A stretch of DNA of 43,158 bases from a virus (taxonomy: Duplodnaviria; Caudoviricetes): IMG/VR virus record IMGVR_UViG_3300042904_000017, positions 1 to 43,158 of that record, one strand, 5' to 3'. The notes below the pieces were generated by a model. It did not search any database and was not told the origin of the DNA. It saw only the letters and a program-made list of their open reading frames with translations. The number at the start of each line of letters is the position of its first letter. The first letter of the stretch is position 1. Below, one piece after another: positions 14,756 to 23,506 of this stretch. Made by a program: the position numbers and the translations under genes.

Positions 14756-16804
14756 ATGAGGCTATTCGACATCGAGACCGATGGCCTCCTCGATTCCGTC
14801 ACCAAGATACACTGCCTGGTCATCCGTGACCTGGATACCCAGCAGACCTTCCGCTGTATCCCCGCAGGGTTCCCTATGGTGGCGGAGCTGACCATTGAGC
14901 AGGGCCTAGAGCTGCTGTCCAAGGGTCCCATCGGGGGCCACAACGTCATCAAGTACGACATCCCCGTCCTCAAGAAGCTGTACCCGAAGTGGACCTACGA
15001 GAAGCACCTGGTGTTCGACACCTTGCCCGCTGTCCGTGTGATCTGGTCCAACATCAAGGACCACGACAATGGTCTGCTGAAGAAGCAGCAGCTCCCCGGC
15101 ACCCTGTACGGGAGCCACTCCCTGGAAGCTTGGGGTTACCGCCTGAAGCTGATGAAAGGGGAGTACGCCTCCGAGTTCAGAGCCCGAGCTGGTGACGACT
15201 ACCAGCCAGGCGATGAGTGGAAGTTCCTCTCCCAGGAGATGCTCGACTACTGCGTCCAGGACGTGGTGGTTACTGAGGCCCTGTACCTCCGCATCCTCGG
15301 GAAGAATTATTCCCTGGAAGCTCTGGAACTCGAGCACAAGATTGCCTGGCTCATGGCCCAGCAGGAGCGCAACGGGTTCCCCTTCAATTCCGCTGCAGGT
15401 GCCCTGCTGTACGCCAAGCTGGCCCAACGCCGTGGCGAGCTGGAGCGGGAGCTGCGTGACTACTTCAAGTTCTGGTACGCACCGGACGGGAAGGTCCGCC
15501 ACCCGACCACCCGCAAGGTCTTCCACGAGTACCCCGATGGTCCCGCGCAGAGGCGCGTCAAGCTGAAAGGCAAGGACGCCTACTACCAGCAGGGCTACTA
15601 CGAGGAGTTCACCGAGGGCTGTCCGTACACCGCCATCAAGGTGGTGGAGTTCAACCCAGGGTCCCGTGATCACATCGCCAACCGGCTCCAGAAGCTGTAC
15701 GGCTGGGAGCCCGAGGAGTTCACTGACGGTGGTAAGCCGAAGGTGGACGAGAACACCGTAGGCGACCTTCCGTATCCCCCGGTCCCGCTACTCACCGAGT
15801 ACCTGACGGTAGCCAAGCGCATCTCTCAGCTCGCTGAGGGTGACCAAGCGTGGCTGAAGGTAGAACGCAACGGGAAGATTCACGGGTCCGTCAATCCGAA
15901 TGGAGCAGTAACTGGACGTGCAACACACGCATACCCCAACATCAGCCAAGTCCCAGCCTCAGGGTCCCTCTACGGGCACGAGTGCCGGGAACTCTTCTGT
16001 GTCCCGCCAGGCTGGACGCAGGTTGGCGCTGATGCTTCTGGCCTGGAGCTACGCTGTCTCGCTCACTTCATGGCTCGCTATGATGGGGGCAAATACGCTG
16101 ACCTGGTAGTCAACGGTGATGTTCACTGGCTGACCGTCCAGGCATTCGGTGTCATTGATGGGCCACGGGACAAGACGAACAAGCTACACGACTTGTACCG
16201 CGACTATGCCAAGACTTTCATCTACGGTTTCCTGTATGGAGCTGGCGATGCCAAGGCAGGCAAGATCATCTACAGCATGATCCAGGCAGCAAGGCTGAAG
16301 GGCTTTGACACAACCCACATGGTCAATGTGTTCTTTGGCGGGAAGGAAGTCCCGACCTCTGAGGACCTAGCGACCACCGGGAAACGCTTGAAGAAATCCT
16401 TCCTGAAGAAGCTGCCTGCCCTGAAGCTGCTGATCAACGCAGTGAAAGAGGCTGCCAAGAAGGGCTACCTCCGTGGTCTGGACGGCCGCCTGGTTCACGT
16501 GCGGTCCCCTCACGCTGCCCTCAACACCCTGCTGCAATCCGCAGGTGCCCTGCTCTGTAAGCAATGGCTGGTGTTCCTCAACGAGGATCTCGACGCCAAG
16601 GGCCTGCAGAACGGCTGGGTGGACTACGCCAACATGGCATGGTCGCACGATGAAGTGCAGTACGCCTGCCGAACCCCTGAGATCGCACAGACCATCCGCG
16701 AGACCGCCGAAGCCTGCGTGACCAAGGCCGGTGAGCATTTCAACTTCCGCTGCCCTCTGGCTGGCGAATCCAAGATCGGCACCAACTGGTCCGAAACCCA
16801 CTGA
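14756..16804 (+). CDS. gp5: Family A DNA polymerase with 3'-5' exonuclease
   Basis: FDIETDG, HSLEAWGYRL, FNPGSRDHI, DASGLELR, AKTFIYGFLYG, HDE. Confidence 0.99.
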   Translation: MRLFDIETDGLLDSVTKIHCLVIRDLDTQQTFRCIPAGFPMVAELTIEQGLELLSKGPIGGHNVIKYDIPVLKKLYPKWTYEKHLVFDTLPAVRVIWSNIKDHDNGLLKKQQLPGTLYGSHSLEAWGYRLKLMKGEYASEFRARAGDDYQPGDEWKFLSQEMLDYCVQDVVVTEALYLRILGKNYSLEALELEHKIAWLMAQQERNGFPFNSAAGALLYAKLAQRRGELERELRDYFKFWYAPDGKVRHPTTRKVFHEYPDGPAQRRVKLKGKDAYYQQGYYEEFTEGCPYTAIKVVEFNPGSRDHIANRLQKLYGWEPEEFTDGGKPKVDENTVGDLPYPPVPLLTEYLTVAKRISQLAEGDQAWLKVERNGKIHGSVNPNGAVTGRATHAYPNISQVPASGSLYGHECRELFCVPPGWTQVGADASGLELRCLAHFMARYDGGKYADLVVNGDVHWLTVQAFGVIDGPRDKTNKLHDLYRDYAKTFIYGFLYGAGDAKAGKIIYSMIQAARLKGFDTTHMVNVFFGGKEVPTSEDLATTGKRLKKSFLKKLPALKLLINAVKEAAKKGYLRGLDGRLVHVRSPHAALNTLLQSAGALLCKQWLVFLNEDLDAKGLQNGWVDYANMAWSHDEVQYACRTPEIAQTIRETAEACVTKAGEHFNFRCPLAGESKIGTNWSETH

Positions 16805-16811
16805 GACAACT

Positions 16812-17027
16812 ATGTTCCGAAATCCAAAACTGAAGGAGGTCCTGAAGCGGACCTACCTGTTCCCGTACAAGCTCCAATCGGACTACGCGCGGGACAACGC
16901 CATCGAGATCGCCGCACTGGCCTGCGCTGGCTACATCTCCACCCGCACGGACCCAGGCCAGTTCGGCAACAAGTGGCGCATCACCGGCATCGGCATCGAG
17001 AAGCTGCGGAAGCTGGGGGCACTATGA
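16812..17027 (+). CDS. gp5.7: T7 gp5.7-like protein
   Basis: QSDYARDNA...GYIST...WRITGIG resembles T7 gp5.7; syntenic. Confidence 0.75.
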   Translation: MFRNPKLKEVLKRTYLFPYKLQSDYARDNAIEIAALACAGYISTRTDPGQFGNKWRITGIGIEKLRKLGAL

Positions 17028-17326
17028 GCAAGCGCCCAGAGACCGTTCATATCCTGGGCCGCAACTACTCCATCACCTACGACCTGGACAATGGCGACTT
17101 CGGCTCCTGTGACACCATGGAGAACGAGATCGAGGTCCGTGAAGGTCTCCCTCCGATGGAGGAGCGGGACACCGTGCTGCACGAGATCATGCACGGCATC
17201 TGGGCAGTGATGGATGTGGGCCACACGAAGGTGGAGGAACACGTCATCCGCAAGATGGCTACCGGCCTGGCCCTGGTGTTCCAACACAACCCCGAGCTGG
17301 TCTCCTATCTGGGGGCCAAGGAATGA
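17024..17326 (+). CDS. Small HExxH metallopeptidase-like protein
   Basis: DTVLHEIMHGI motif and downstream EE. Confidence 0.75.
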   Translation: MSKRPETVHILGRNYSITYDLDNGDFGSCDTMENEIEVREGLPPMEERDTVLHEIMHGIWAVMDVGHTKVEEHVIRKMATGLALVFQHNPELVSYLGAKE

Positions 17327-18057
17327 GGGTCGCGCTGATCGATGCGGACGTGGTTGCCTTCCAGTCCGCAGTGGTCAACGAGAAGGCCATCGACTGGGGT
17401 GAAGGTGTGTGGACCCAGCACGCCCACGAGGAGGACGTGATCCGCTCCTTCCGTGCCAGCGTGAACTCCATCCAGGAAGCCGTGGGTGCCGATAAGGTGA
17501 TCCTCGCGTTCTCCGACAAGACCAACTGGCGTAAGGACGTGCTGCCTTCCTATAAGGCGAACCGCGCGAACACCCGCCAGCCGATGCTCCGCAAGTTCAT
17601 CACGGAGTGGGCCAAGGAGAACTACGAGAGCTTCACACGGGACACCCTGGAGGGTGACGATGTGCTGGGTATCCTGGCGACCCGCAAGTCCCAGGACGAG
17701 ATGATCATCTGCACCATCGACAAGGACATGAAGACCATCCCCGGCCAGCACTACAACTTCGGCAAGAAGGAGGTCTTCGAGGTCACTGAGGAGGAGGCTG
17801 ATTACTGGCACCTCTACCAGACCCTGGTGGGTGACGCGACCGACAACTACGCAGGGTGCCCCGGTGTGGGCCCTGTGGCTGCCAAGAAGGTTCTCGACAA
17901 GGACCCGAGCTGGGCCGGTGTGGTGAAAGCTTTCGACAAGGCAGGGTTGGGCGAAGAAGAAGCCCTGACCCAGGCCCGAGTAGCGCGCATCTGCCGCGCC
18001 TCGGATTACGACTTCAAGACAAAACAAGTGAAACTATGGTCCCCAAATACGAAGTAG
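17323..18057 (+). CDS. gp6: 5'-3' exonuclease
   Basis: LIDAD, YKANR, LEGDDVLG, DKD, GDATDNYAGCPGVG. Confidence 0.96.
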   Translation: MRVALIDADVVAFQSAVVNEKAIDWGEGVWTQHAHEEDVIRSFRASVNSIQEAVGADKVILAFSDKTNWRKDVLPSYKANRANTRQPMLRKFITEWAKENYESFTRDTLEGDDVLGILATRKSQDEMIICTIDKDMKTIPGQHYNFGKKEVFEVTEEEADYWHLYQTLVGDATDNYAGCPGVGPVAAKKVLDKDPSWAGVVKAFDKAGLGEEEALTQARVARICRASDYDFKTKQVKLWSPNTK

Positions 18058-18686
18058 GTCAGAAGGTCCGAGTGGTTGCCAACAAGGCTGGACATCAATT
18101 CGAGATCGGCTCAATGGTTGAAGTGCTTAAGGTGCTGGAGGGAGACCAGAATGTATACGACCTCTCCATTCAAAAAGAGGGCTATCCTCGCTGGTACGGC
18201 TACGAGTCCGACCTGGCGCCGCTGGAGGTGGAAGCTTCCCCAGCCAAGGACACCAACCCCAAGGACGCCATCGCTGCATCCAAGCTGCCCCTGAACGTGG
18301 TCCCGGATACCCTGAAGGTCTATGCCACTCTGGCGTTCACCGAGGGTGCCCTGAAGTACGGCTCGATGAACTGGCGTGTGGCTGGTGTCCGTGCGTCCAT
18401 CTACAAGGCCGCGCTGGAGCGCCACCTGGCGAAGTACTGGAACGGTGAGTGGGCTGACCCGGTGACCGGTGTTCCCCACCTGGCCTCCGTGATCGCCTGC
18501 GCTGGCATCATCCTGGACGCGAATGCTGCAGGTAAGCTGACCGATGATCGCCCTCCGGCAATCCCTCTGGCTGGAATCATCGATGGCCTGGAGCCTGCCG
18601 TGAAGCACCTGCAGGAACTCTTTAAGGACAAGCATCCGCATCACCACACGGAAGCGGACAAGCTGGGCCCAGTGATCCCGAAGTAA
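18036..18686 (+). CDS. dATP/dGTP diphosphohydrolase domain (DUF5664-like) protein with N-terminal KOW/SH3-like segment
   Basis: TNPKD...K.PL...EGALKYG..NWR...RHL...D..TGVPHL. Confidence 0.8.
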   Translation: MVPKYEVGQKVRVVANKAGHQFEIGSMVEVLKVLEGDQNVYDLSIQKEGYPRWYGYESDLAPLEVEASPAKDTNPKDAIAASKLPLNVVPDTLKVYATLAFTEGALKYGSMNWRVAGVRASIYKAALERHLAKYWNGEWADPVTGVPHLASVIACAGIILDANAAGKLTDDRPPAIPLAGIIDGLEPAVKHLQELFKDKHPHHHTEADKLGPVIPK

Positions 18687-18688
18687 TT

Positions 18689-18711
18689 CGATTCCAACCA
18701 CAATAGGACTA
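18689..18711 (+). promoter_or_regulatory. Phage RNAP promoter candidate before the virion genes
   Basis: CGATTCCAACCACAATA|GGACTA. Confidence 0.5.
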
Positions 18712-18716
18712 TCGCA

Positions 18717-18908
18717 ATGTCCAAGACCCCATTCCCGATGGTCCCGAAGGTATTGATCGAGGCCCTCGAAAAGCGATTCCGGGACACCGTTCCCACAAAC
18801 CCTAAGACATCCCTGGAAGACTTCCGACTCCTCCAGGGTCAACTGTCTGTGGTCCAGTTCCTGAGGCACCAATACGAGGAGCAGACCAAAAATATCTTGG
18901 AGAGTTAA
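18717..18908 (+). CDS. Conserved hypothetical protein before the portal cluster
   Basis: 63-aa ORF; AGGA RBS. Confidence 0.75.
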   Translation: MSKTPFPMVPKVLIEALEKRFRDTVPTNPKTSLEDFRLLQGQLSVVQFLRHQYEEQTKNILES

Positions 18909-18911
18909 TCC

Positions 18912-19124
18912 GTGTGTAGTGCACCCAAACCCCCGCCAGCTCCTCCGCCTCCAGCTCCTCCTCCACCGCCTGTAATGCCCAACGTGCTGCAGACGGCTGC
19001 CTCCTCGGAGGGCTCGAAGAACTCGAATGCTGGTGGCACCAATAAGGGCCGCAAGTCCCTGCGCATCGACCTGGCTACGTCCACCGCCGGTGGCGCTTCC
19101 GGCCTGAACCTGCCGACTAGCTGA
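18912..19124 (+). CDS. Small virion protein (gp6.7/7.3-like)
   Basis: MC start, Pro-rich, GRKSLRI motif; directly before the portal gene. Confidence 0.7.
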   Translation: MCSAPKPPPAPPPPAPPPPPVMPNVLQTAASSEGSKNSNAGGTNKGRKSLRIDLATSTAGGASGLNLPTS

Positions 19125-19132
19125 GGCCGCGC

Positions 19133-20662
19133 ATGGCAACCAAGAGCGCGTCTTCCCTTTACGCGAAGTGGAAGACCGACCGGGAGCCTTTCCTAAGGCG
19201 AGCCCGTGAATGCTCCGCACTGACCATCCCGACCCTGATCCCTCCTGAAGGACACACCGGTTCCTCCGACCTGCCCACCCCATGGCAGTCTATTGGTGCC
19301 CGTGGGGTGAACCACCTGGCAGCCAAGATGCTGATGTCCCTGCTGCCGGTGAACTCCCCGTTCTTCCGCTACTCGATTGACGACTTCACCCTGGAGCAGC
19401 TCACGCAGCAAGAGGGCATGAGGGCCAAGGTAGAGGAGGGCCTGAACAAGAGTGAGCGTGCAGTCCAGAACGAGATCGAAGCGAGTGCCGTTCGCGTGTC
19501 CTCCTTCGAGGCCCTGAAGCATCTCCTCACTGGTGGCAACATCCTGCTGTACCTCCCACCGGAGGGTGGCATGAGGACCTTCCACCTGAGCCGCTACGTG
19601 GTCCGCAGGGACCCGATGGGCAACGTCCTCGACATCATCGTGGAAGAGGAGATCGACCGCGATGTCCTGCCTGAGGCGATGCAGCTCCCGCCTGAGGAAG
19701 GCGACAAGAGCGATGAGCCGGTGAAGATTTACACCTGGGTCAAGCGTGTCGGTCGCAAGTGGACTGTGCACCAGGAAGTGAAGGACCTGATGGTCCCCGG
19801 CTCCCAGGGCACCTACCCACTCGACAAGTCCCCATGGATTCCCGTGCGGTTCACCAAGATCGACGGTGAGAACTACGGGCGTGGCTACGTGGAGGAGTAC
19901 CTGGGAGACCTGAAGTCTCTCGAAGGGCTCCAGCAGGCAATCGTGGAGGGAGCTGCAGCAGCAGCCAAGATTCTCTTCCTGGTGAACCCGAACGGTGTCA
20001 CCGACATGGACGACCTGGCGAAGGCCCCCAACGGCGCCTTCCGCGAAGGGATGGAGCAGGACGTGACGGTCCTCCAGCTCCAGAAGTACAACGACTTCCG
20101 TGTGGCCGCTGAGTCGGTCAAAGAGATCACCGAGCGCCTATCCTTCGCCTTCCTCCTGAATTCCTCCGTGCAACGCACTGGCGAGCGAGTGACGGCTGAA
20201 GAGATTCGCTATGTGGCGAACGAGTTGGAATCTGCGCTGGGTGGCATCTACTCCATCCTGTCCCAGGAGTTCCAGCTCCCGCTGGTCAAGCGCATCATCT
20301 ACCAGATGGAGAAGCAGAAGCGTCTGCCGATCCTCCCGGACAAAGCGGTGAAGCCTGTGATCGTGACCGGTCTCGAAGCACTGGGCCGTGGCAATGACCT
20401 GAGCAAGCTTGAGCAATTCGTAGGTGGCCTCGAAGCCATCCCTGATGCGGTCTCCCGGATCAACTGGGGTGACTACATGACCCGCCGTGGCACTGCCCTG
20501 GGCATCGACATCAAGGGCCTGGTGAAGAGTGACGACCAGATCGCTGCGGAGCAGCAGCAGCAACAGATGATGGCCCTAGCAGCACAGGGGCTGAATCCGG
20601 CGATTACCCAAGCCGGTAACCTCATTAAGCAAGGAATGCAGAATGGCGAACCCCCAGCCTAA
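19133..20662 (+). CDS. gp8: Portal (head-tail connector)
   Basis: WQSIGARGVNHLA, YGRGYVEEYLGDL, ERVTAEEIR. Confidence 0.98.
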   Translation: MATKSASSLYAKWKTDREPFLRRARECSALTIPTLIPPEGHTGSSDLPTPWQSIGARGVNHLAAKMLMSLLPVNSPFFRYSIDDFTLEQLTQQEGMRAKVEEGLNKSERAVQNEIEASAVRVSSFEALKHLLTGGNILLYLPPEGGMRTFHLSRYVVRRDPMGNVLDIIVEEEIDRDVLPEAMQLPPEEGDKSDEPVKIYTWVKRVGRKWTVHQEVKDLMVPGSQGTYPLDKSPWIPVRFTKIDGENYGRGYVEEYLGDLKSLEGLQQAIVEGAAAAAKILFLVNPNGVTDMDDLAKAPNGAFREGMEQDVTVLQLQKYNDFRVAAESVKEITERLSFAFLLNSSVQRTGERVTAEEIRYVANELESALGGIYSILSQEFQLPLVKRIIYQMEKQKRLPILPDKAVKPVIVTGLEALGRGNDLSKLEQFVGGLEAIPDAVSRINWGDYMTRRGTALGIDIKGLVKSDDQIAAEQQQQQMMALAAQGLNPAITQAGNLIKQGMQNGEPPA

Positions 20663-20795
20663 GAGCACCCCCAAAGAAACCGCCAAGGAGTCCCCGCAGA
20701 TTGTCGTGGAGGACTCCGTTGTGAAGTCCCCTGAGGCACCGAAGCCGGTGACCGTGACCGAACTGCCGAACGGCATCAAGATCGAGGACTTCTGA
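20643..20795 (+). CDS. 50-aa hypothetical protein
   Basis: AAGGA RBS; stop TGA overlaps the scaffold ATG. Confidence 0.6.
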   Translation: MANPQPKSTPKETAKESPQIVVEDSVVKSPEAPKPVTVTELPNGIKIEDF

Positions 20796-21586
20796 TGACA
20801 GACCAGATCGTTATCCACAAACCCCAAGAGGGTGATGATCCAGCTCACGTAGCTGCGATGGTCGCCAAGGCTGACGGCCAACCCGCACCGGACGCGAACA
20901 AACCCGCCGATCCCCCGGCTGGCGACTCCCGTCCTGCCTGGCTGCCGGAGAAGTTCAAGTCCGCAGAGGACATGGCGAAGGCGTATGCCGAGCTGGAAGC
21001 GAAGCAGAGCGGCAAGCCTGCAGAGGCTCCTGCGGAGAAGCCTCAGGGTGACCAGCAGGGCACCGACCAGGTGTCCCAGGAGCTGGCTAACAAGGGCCTG
21101 GACCTGAACGAGTTCAACACTGAGTGGTCCCAGAAGGGCGAGCTGAGTGCTGAGAGTTACGAGAAGCTGGAGAAGGCGGGTTACCCCAAGAACCTGGTGG
21201 ACCAGTACATCGCAGGCCAGAAGGCCCTGGGCTCCCAGTTCGAGGTGGACGTGAAGTCCGCTGCAGGCAGCCCTGAGAAGTTCGGCCAGGTGTCCGAATG
21301 GGCCGCTGCGAACCTGACCCGTGCCGAGATCGATGCGTACAACGCTGCCATCGATTCCGGTGATGTGGCGAAGGCGAAGCTGGCCGTGGCCGGTATCACC
21401 CAGAAGTACGATGCAGCGAACCCTTCCGAGGGCAACCTGATCGGTGGCCGCGCTGCTACCTCCTCGGGTGATGTCTATGAGTCCGTGGCCCAGGTGACCA
21501 AGGATATGGGTAGCCCTGAGTACAAATCCGATCCGGCCTTCCGCAAGAAGGTCCAGGACAAAATCGCTCGTTCCAAAGTGTTGTAA
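20795..21586 (+). CDS. gp9: Capsid scaffolding protein
   Basis: RPAWLPEKF...AYAELE; C-terminal YKSDPAFRKKV; synteny. Confidence 0.93.
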   Translation: MTDQIVIHKPQEGDDPAHVAAMVAKADGQPAPDANKPADPPAGDSRPAWLPEKFKSAEDMAKAYAELEAKQSGKPAEAPAEKPQGDQQGTDQVSQELANKGLDLNEFNTEWSQKGELSAESYEKLEKAGYPKNLVDQYIAGQKALGSQFEVDVKSAAGSPEKFGQVSEWAAANLTRAEIDAYNAAIDSGDVAKAKLAVAGITQKYDAANPSEGNLIGGRAATSSGDVYESVAQVTKDMGSPEYKSDPAFRKKVQDKIARSKVL

Positions 21587-21597
21587 AGAAGAAGCAA

Positions 21598-22026
21598 ATG
21601 AATCCCTTACTCGTCGGTCCGATCATGGACCTGTTCTCGAAGGTGGCAGACAAAATCTGGCCCGACCCCGAGAAGAAAGCCCAGGCACAACTGGAGCTTG
21701 TCAAGTTGCATCAGGCCGGAGAGTTCAAGGAACTTGAGGCGAATCTTGCCCTTGCCCAGGGCCAGATGGACATCAACAAAGCAGAGGCCAGCTCCGGCAA
21801 CGCCTTCGCTGCTGGATGGCGTCCCGCTGTGGGCTGGATATGCGCCTCAGGACTTGGCTATCAGGTTCTGCTGCGTCCGCTTGGAGGCTGGATTGCCTTC
21901 AATTGGTTCAACTGGACCAACCTACCGCCTGCCCTGGAAATGGACACTCTGATGTCCCTCCTGTTCGGCATGTTAGGGCTGGGCGCTTACCGCACCTTCG
22001 AGAAGGTGAAGGGCGTAGCCAAGTAA
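21598..22026 (+). CDS. Putative holin (GTA 3TM-holin-like)
   Basis: GWRPAVGW motif, hydrophobic segments, C-terminal GLGAYRTFEK. Confidence 0.75.
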   Translation: MNPLLVGPIMDLFSKVADKIWPDPEKKAQAQLELVKLHQAGEFKELEANLALAQGQMDINKAEASSGNAFAAGWRPAVGWICASGLGYQVLLRPLGGWIAFNWFNWTNLPPALEMDTLMSLLFGMLGLGAYRTFEKVKGVAK

Positions 22027-22041
22027 CTTCGAAAGGGCTCT

Positions 22042-22254
22042 ATGTGCGTAGCCACAAGCCGAGCGCTTGATCCTCTGAATATGGCCCCCACTCCGTCCAA
22101 CATCACCCGCCAGATGGACCCCCTAAAGCTCCATAAGGCGGGCGGTAATTGGACTGATCCTGGTGGCCTCATTGCGGGGACCCAACGCTCCATCAATAAG
22201 ACTGCGCCGAGTGCGCGTGTCAGCTCCTCTGGTCTTCAGATCAGGCGAGACTAA
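22042..22254 (+). CDS. Hypothetical protein (MC start, possibly virion-associated)
   Basis: 70-aa ORF with AAGGG RBS. Confidence 0.5.
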   Translation: MCVATSRALDPLNMAPTPSNITRQMDPLKLHKAGGNWTDPGGLIAGTQRSINKTAPSARVSSSGLQIRRD

Positions 22255-22487
22255 CGCTGGGAAGCGTTAAGAAATAAGAGGCCCGAGGGAGCCTCCACAA
22301 GAATCCCTCCTGTTTGCCGGTGAGAAGAAAAGCCAAGTCGCGCTGCGTATTTACGCGGCGACTCTGCTGCATTCCCAAGACAACCACAAGAGTATCTCTG
22401 GCCCCCCGAGGGGGACAACCTGACGAGAAAGTGTGTGAGTCAAGGAAAGCCGCTCCAACGACTTTTCAACTCATTCACTGGAATTAC

Positions 22488-23432
22488 ATGGCAAATATGA
22501 CTCCTTCCCGTCCTGGTCAAGCAAACCTGACCGGCGACGAAAAAGCCCTCTATCTGAAGCTGTTCGCAGGTGAGGTTCTGACCGCTTACGAAACCAAGCG
22601 TGTCGCTTCGCGCTACGTGCGCAACCGCCAGATTACCGCTGGCAAATCCGCGCAGTTCCCTGTCCTGGGTAAGGCGTCCGGTGGTTACCACACCCCTGGC
22701 ACTGAGATTAACGGCCGTCCGGTGGCATCGAACGAGGTGGTGATCACCATCGATGACCTGCTGGAATCGGACGTGTCCATTGCGAACTACGATGAGGCCA
22801 TGAGCCACTTCGACGTTCGTTCGGAGTACTCGTCCCAGATGGGCATCTTCCTGGCGAACACTGAGGACAAGCAGCTCCTGCAACTGGGCATCCTGGCCGC
22901 TCGTTCGGCAGCCCGCATCACGGGTGAGCAGGGTGGTTCTGTGATCACCTCCGCAACTGCTGGCACCGATGCGGATGCTCTGATCACCGCTGCCTTCGCT
23001 GCTGCCCAGAAGTTCGATGAGAAGGATGTGCCGGAAGACGAGCGTGCCTTCTTCGTGCGTCCTGCCCAGTACTACCTGCTGGCACAGTCCACCAAGCTCC
23101 TGAACAAGGACTGGGGTGGTCAGGGTGTCTACGCAGACGGTAAGGTTCTGCGTGTGGCTGGTATGGAGATCGTGAAGACGAACAACCTGCCGTCCACCAC
23201 CGTTGCCAACGGCACGACCGATGCAGGCACCGGCAACAAGTACGCTGGTAACTTCTCGACCACCGTGGCACTGGCGCTGCAGAAAGGCGCCCTGGGCTCC
23301 GTCACCCTGATGGACCTGGCGATGGATGCTGAGTACGAAGCCCGCTATCAGGCAACCCTGATGGTGGCTAAGTTCGCCAAGGGCTACGGCGTCCTGGCTC
23401 CTCAGGCAGCCATCGAAGTTAAGACTGCCTAA
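22488..23432 (+). CDS. gp10: Major capsid protein
   Basis: ALYLKLFAGEVLTA, GKSAQFPV, ITIDDLL, DVRSEYS; ATG 22488. Confidence 0.98.
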   Translation: MANMTPSRPGQANLTGDEKALYLKLFAGEVLTAYETKRVASRYVRNRQITAGKSAQFPVLGKASGGYHTPGTEINGRPVASNEVVITIDDLLESDVSIANYDEAMSHFDVRSEYSSQMGIFLANTEDKQLLQLGILAARSAARITGEQGGSVITSATAGTDADALITAAFAAAQKFDEKDVPEDERAFFVRPAQYYLLAQSTKLLNKDWGGQGVYADGKVLRVAGMEIVKTNNLPSTTVANGTTDAGTGNKYAGNFSTTVALALQKGALGSVTLMDLAMDAEYEARYQATLMVAKFAKGYGVLAPQAAIEVKTA

Positions 23433-23446
23433 TCAGCAGCAACCCT

Positions 23447-23495
23447 AAGCCTCACTAGGGGTCCCCATAAGGGGCCTCTGGTGGGGCTTTTTTTT
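23447..23495 (+). terminator. T-phi-like terminator after the capsid gene
   Basis: Long stem plus T8. Confidence 0.85.
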
Positions 23496-23506
23496 ATTGG
23501 ATTGCA

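Noticed and set aside
18036-18686. Z-base (2-aminoadenine) genome system
   Set aside because: No purZ-like adenylosuccinate synthetase ORF is present.
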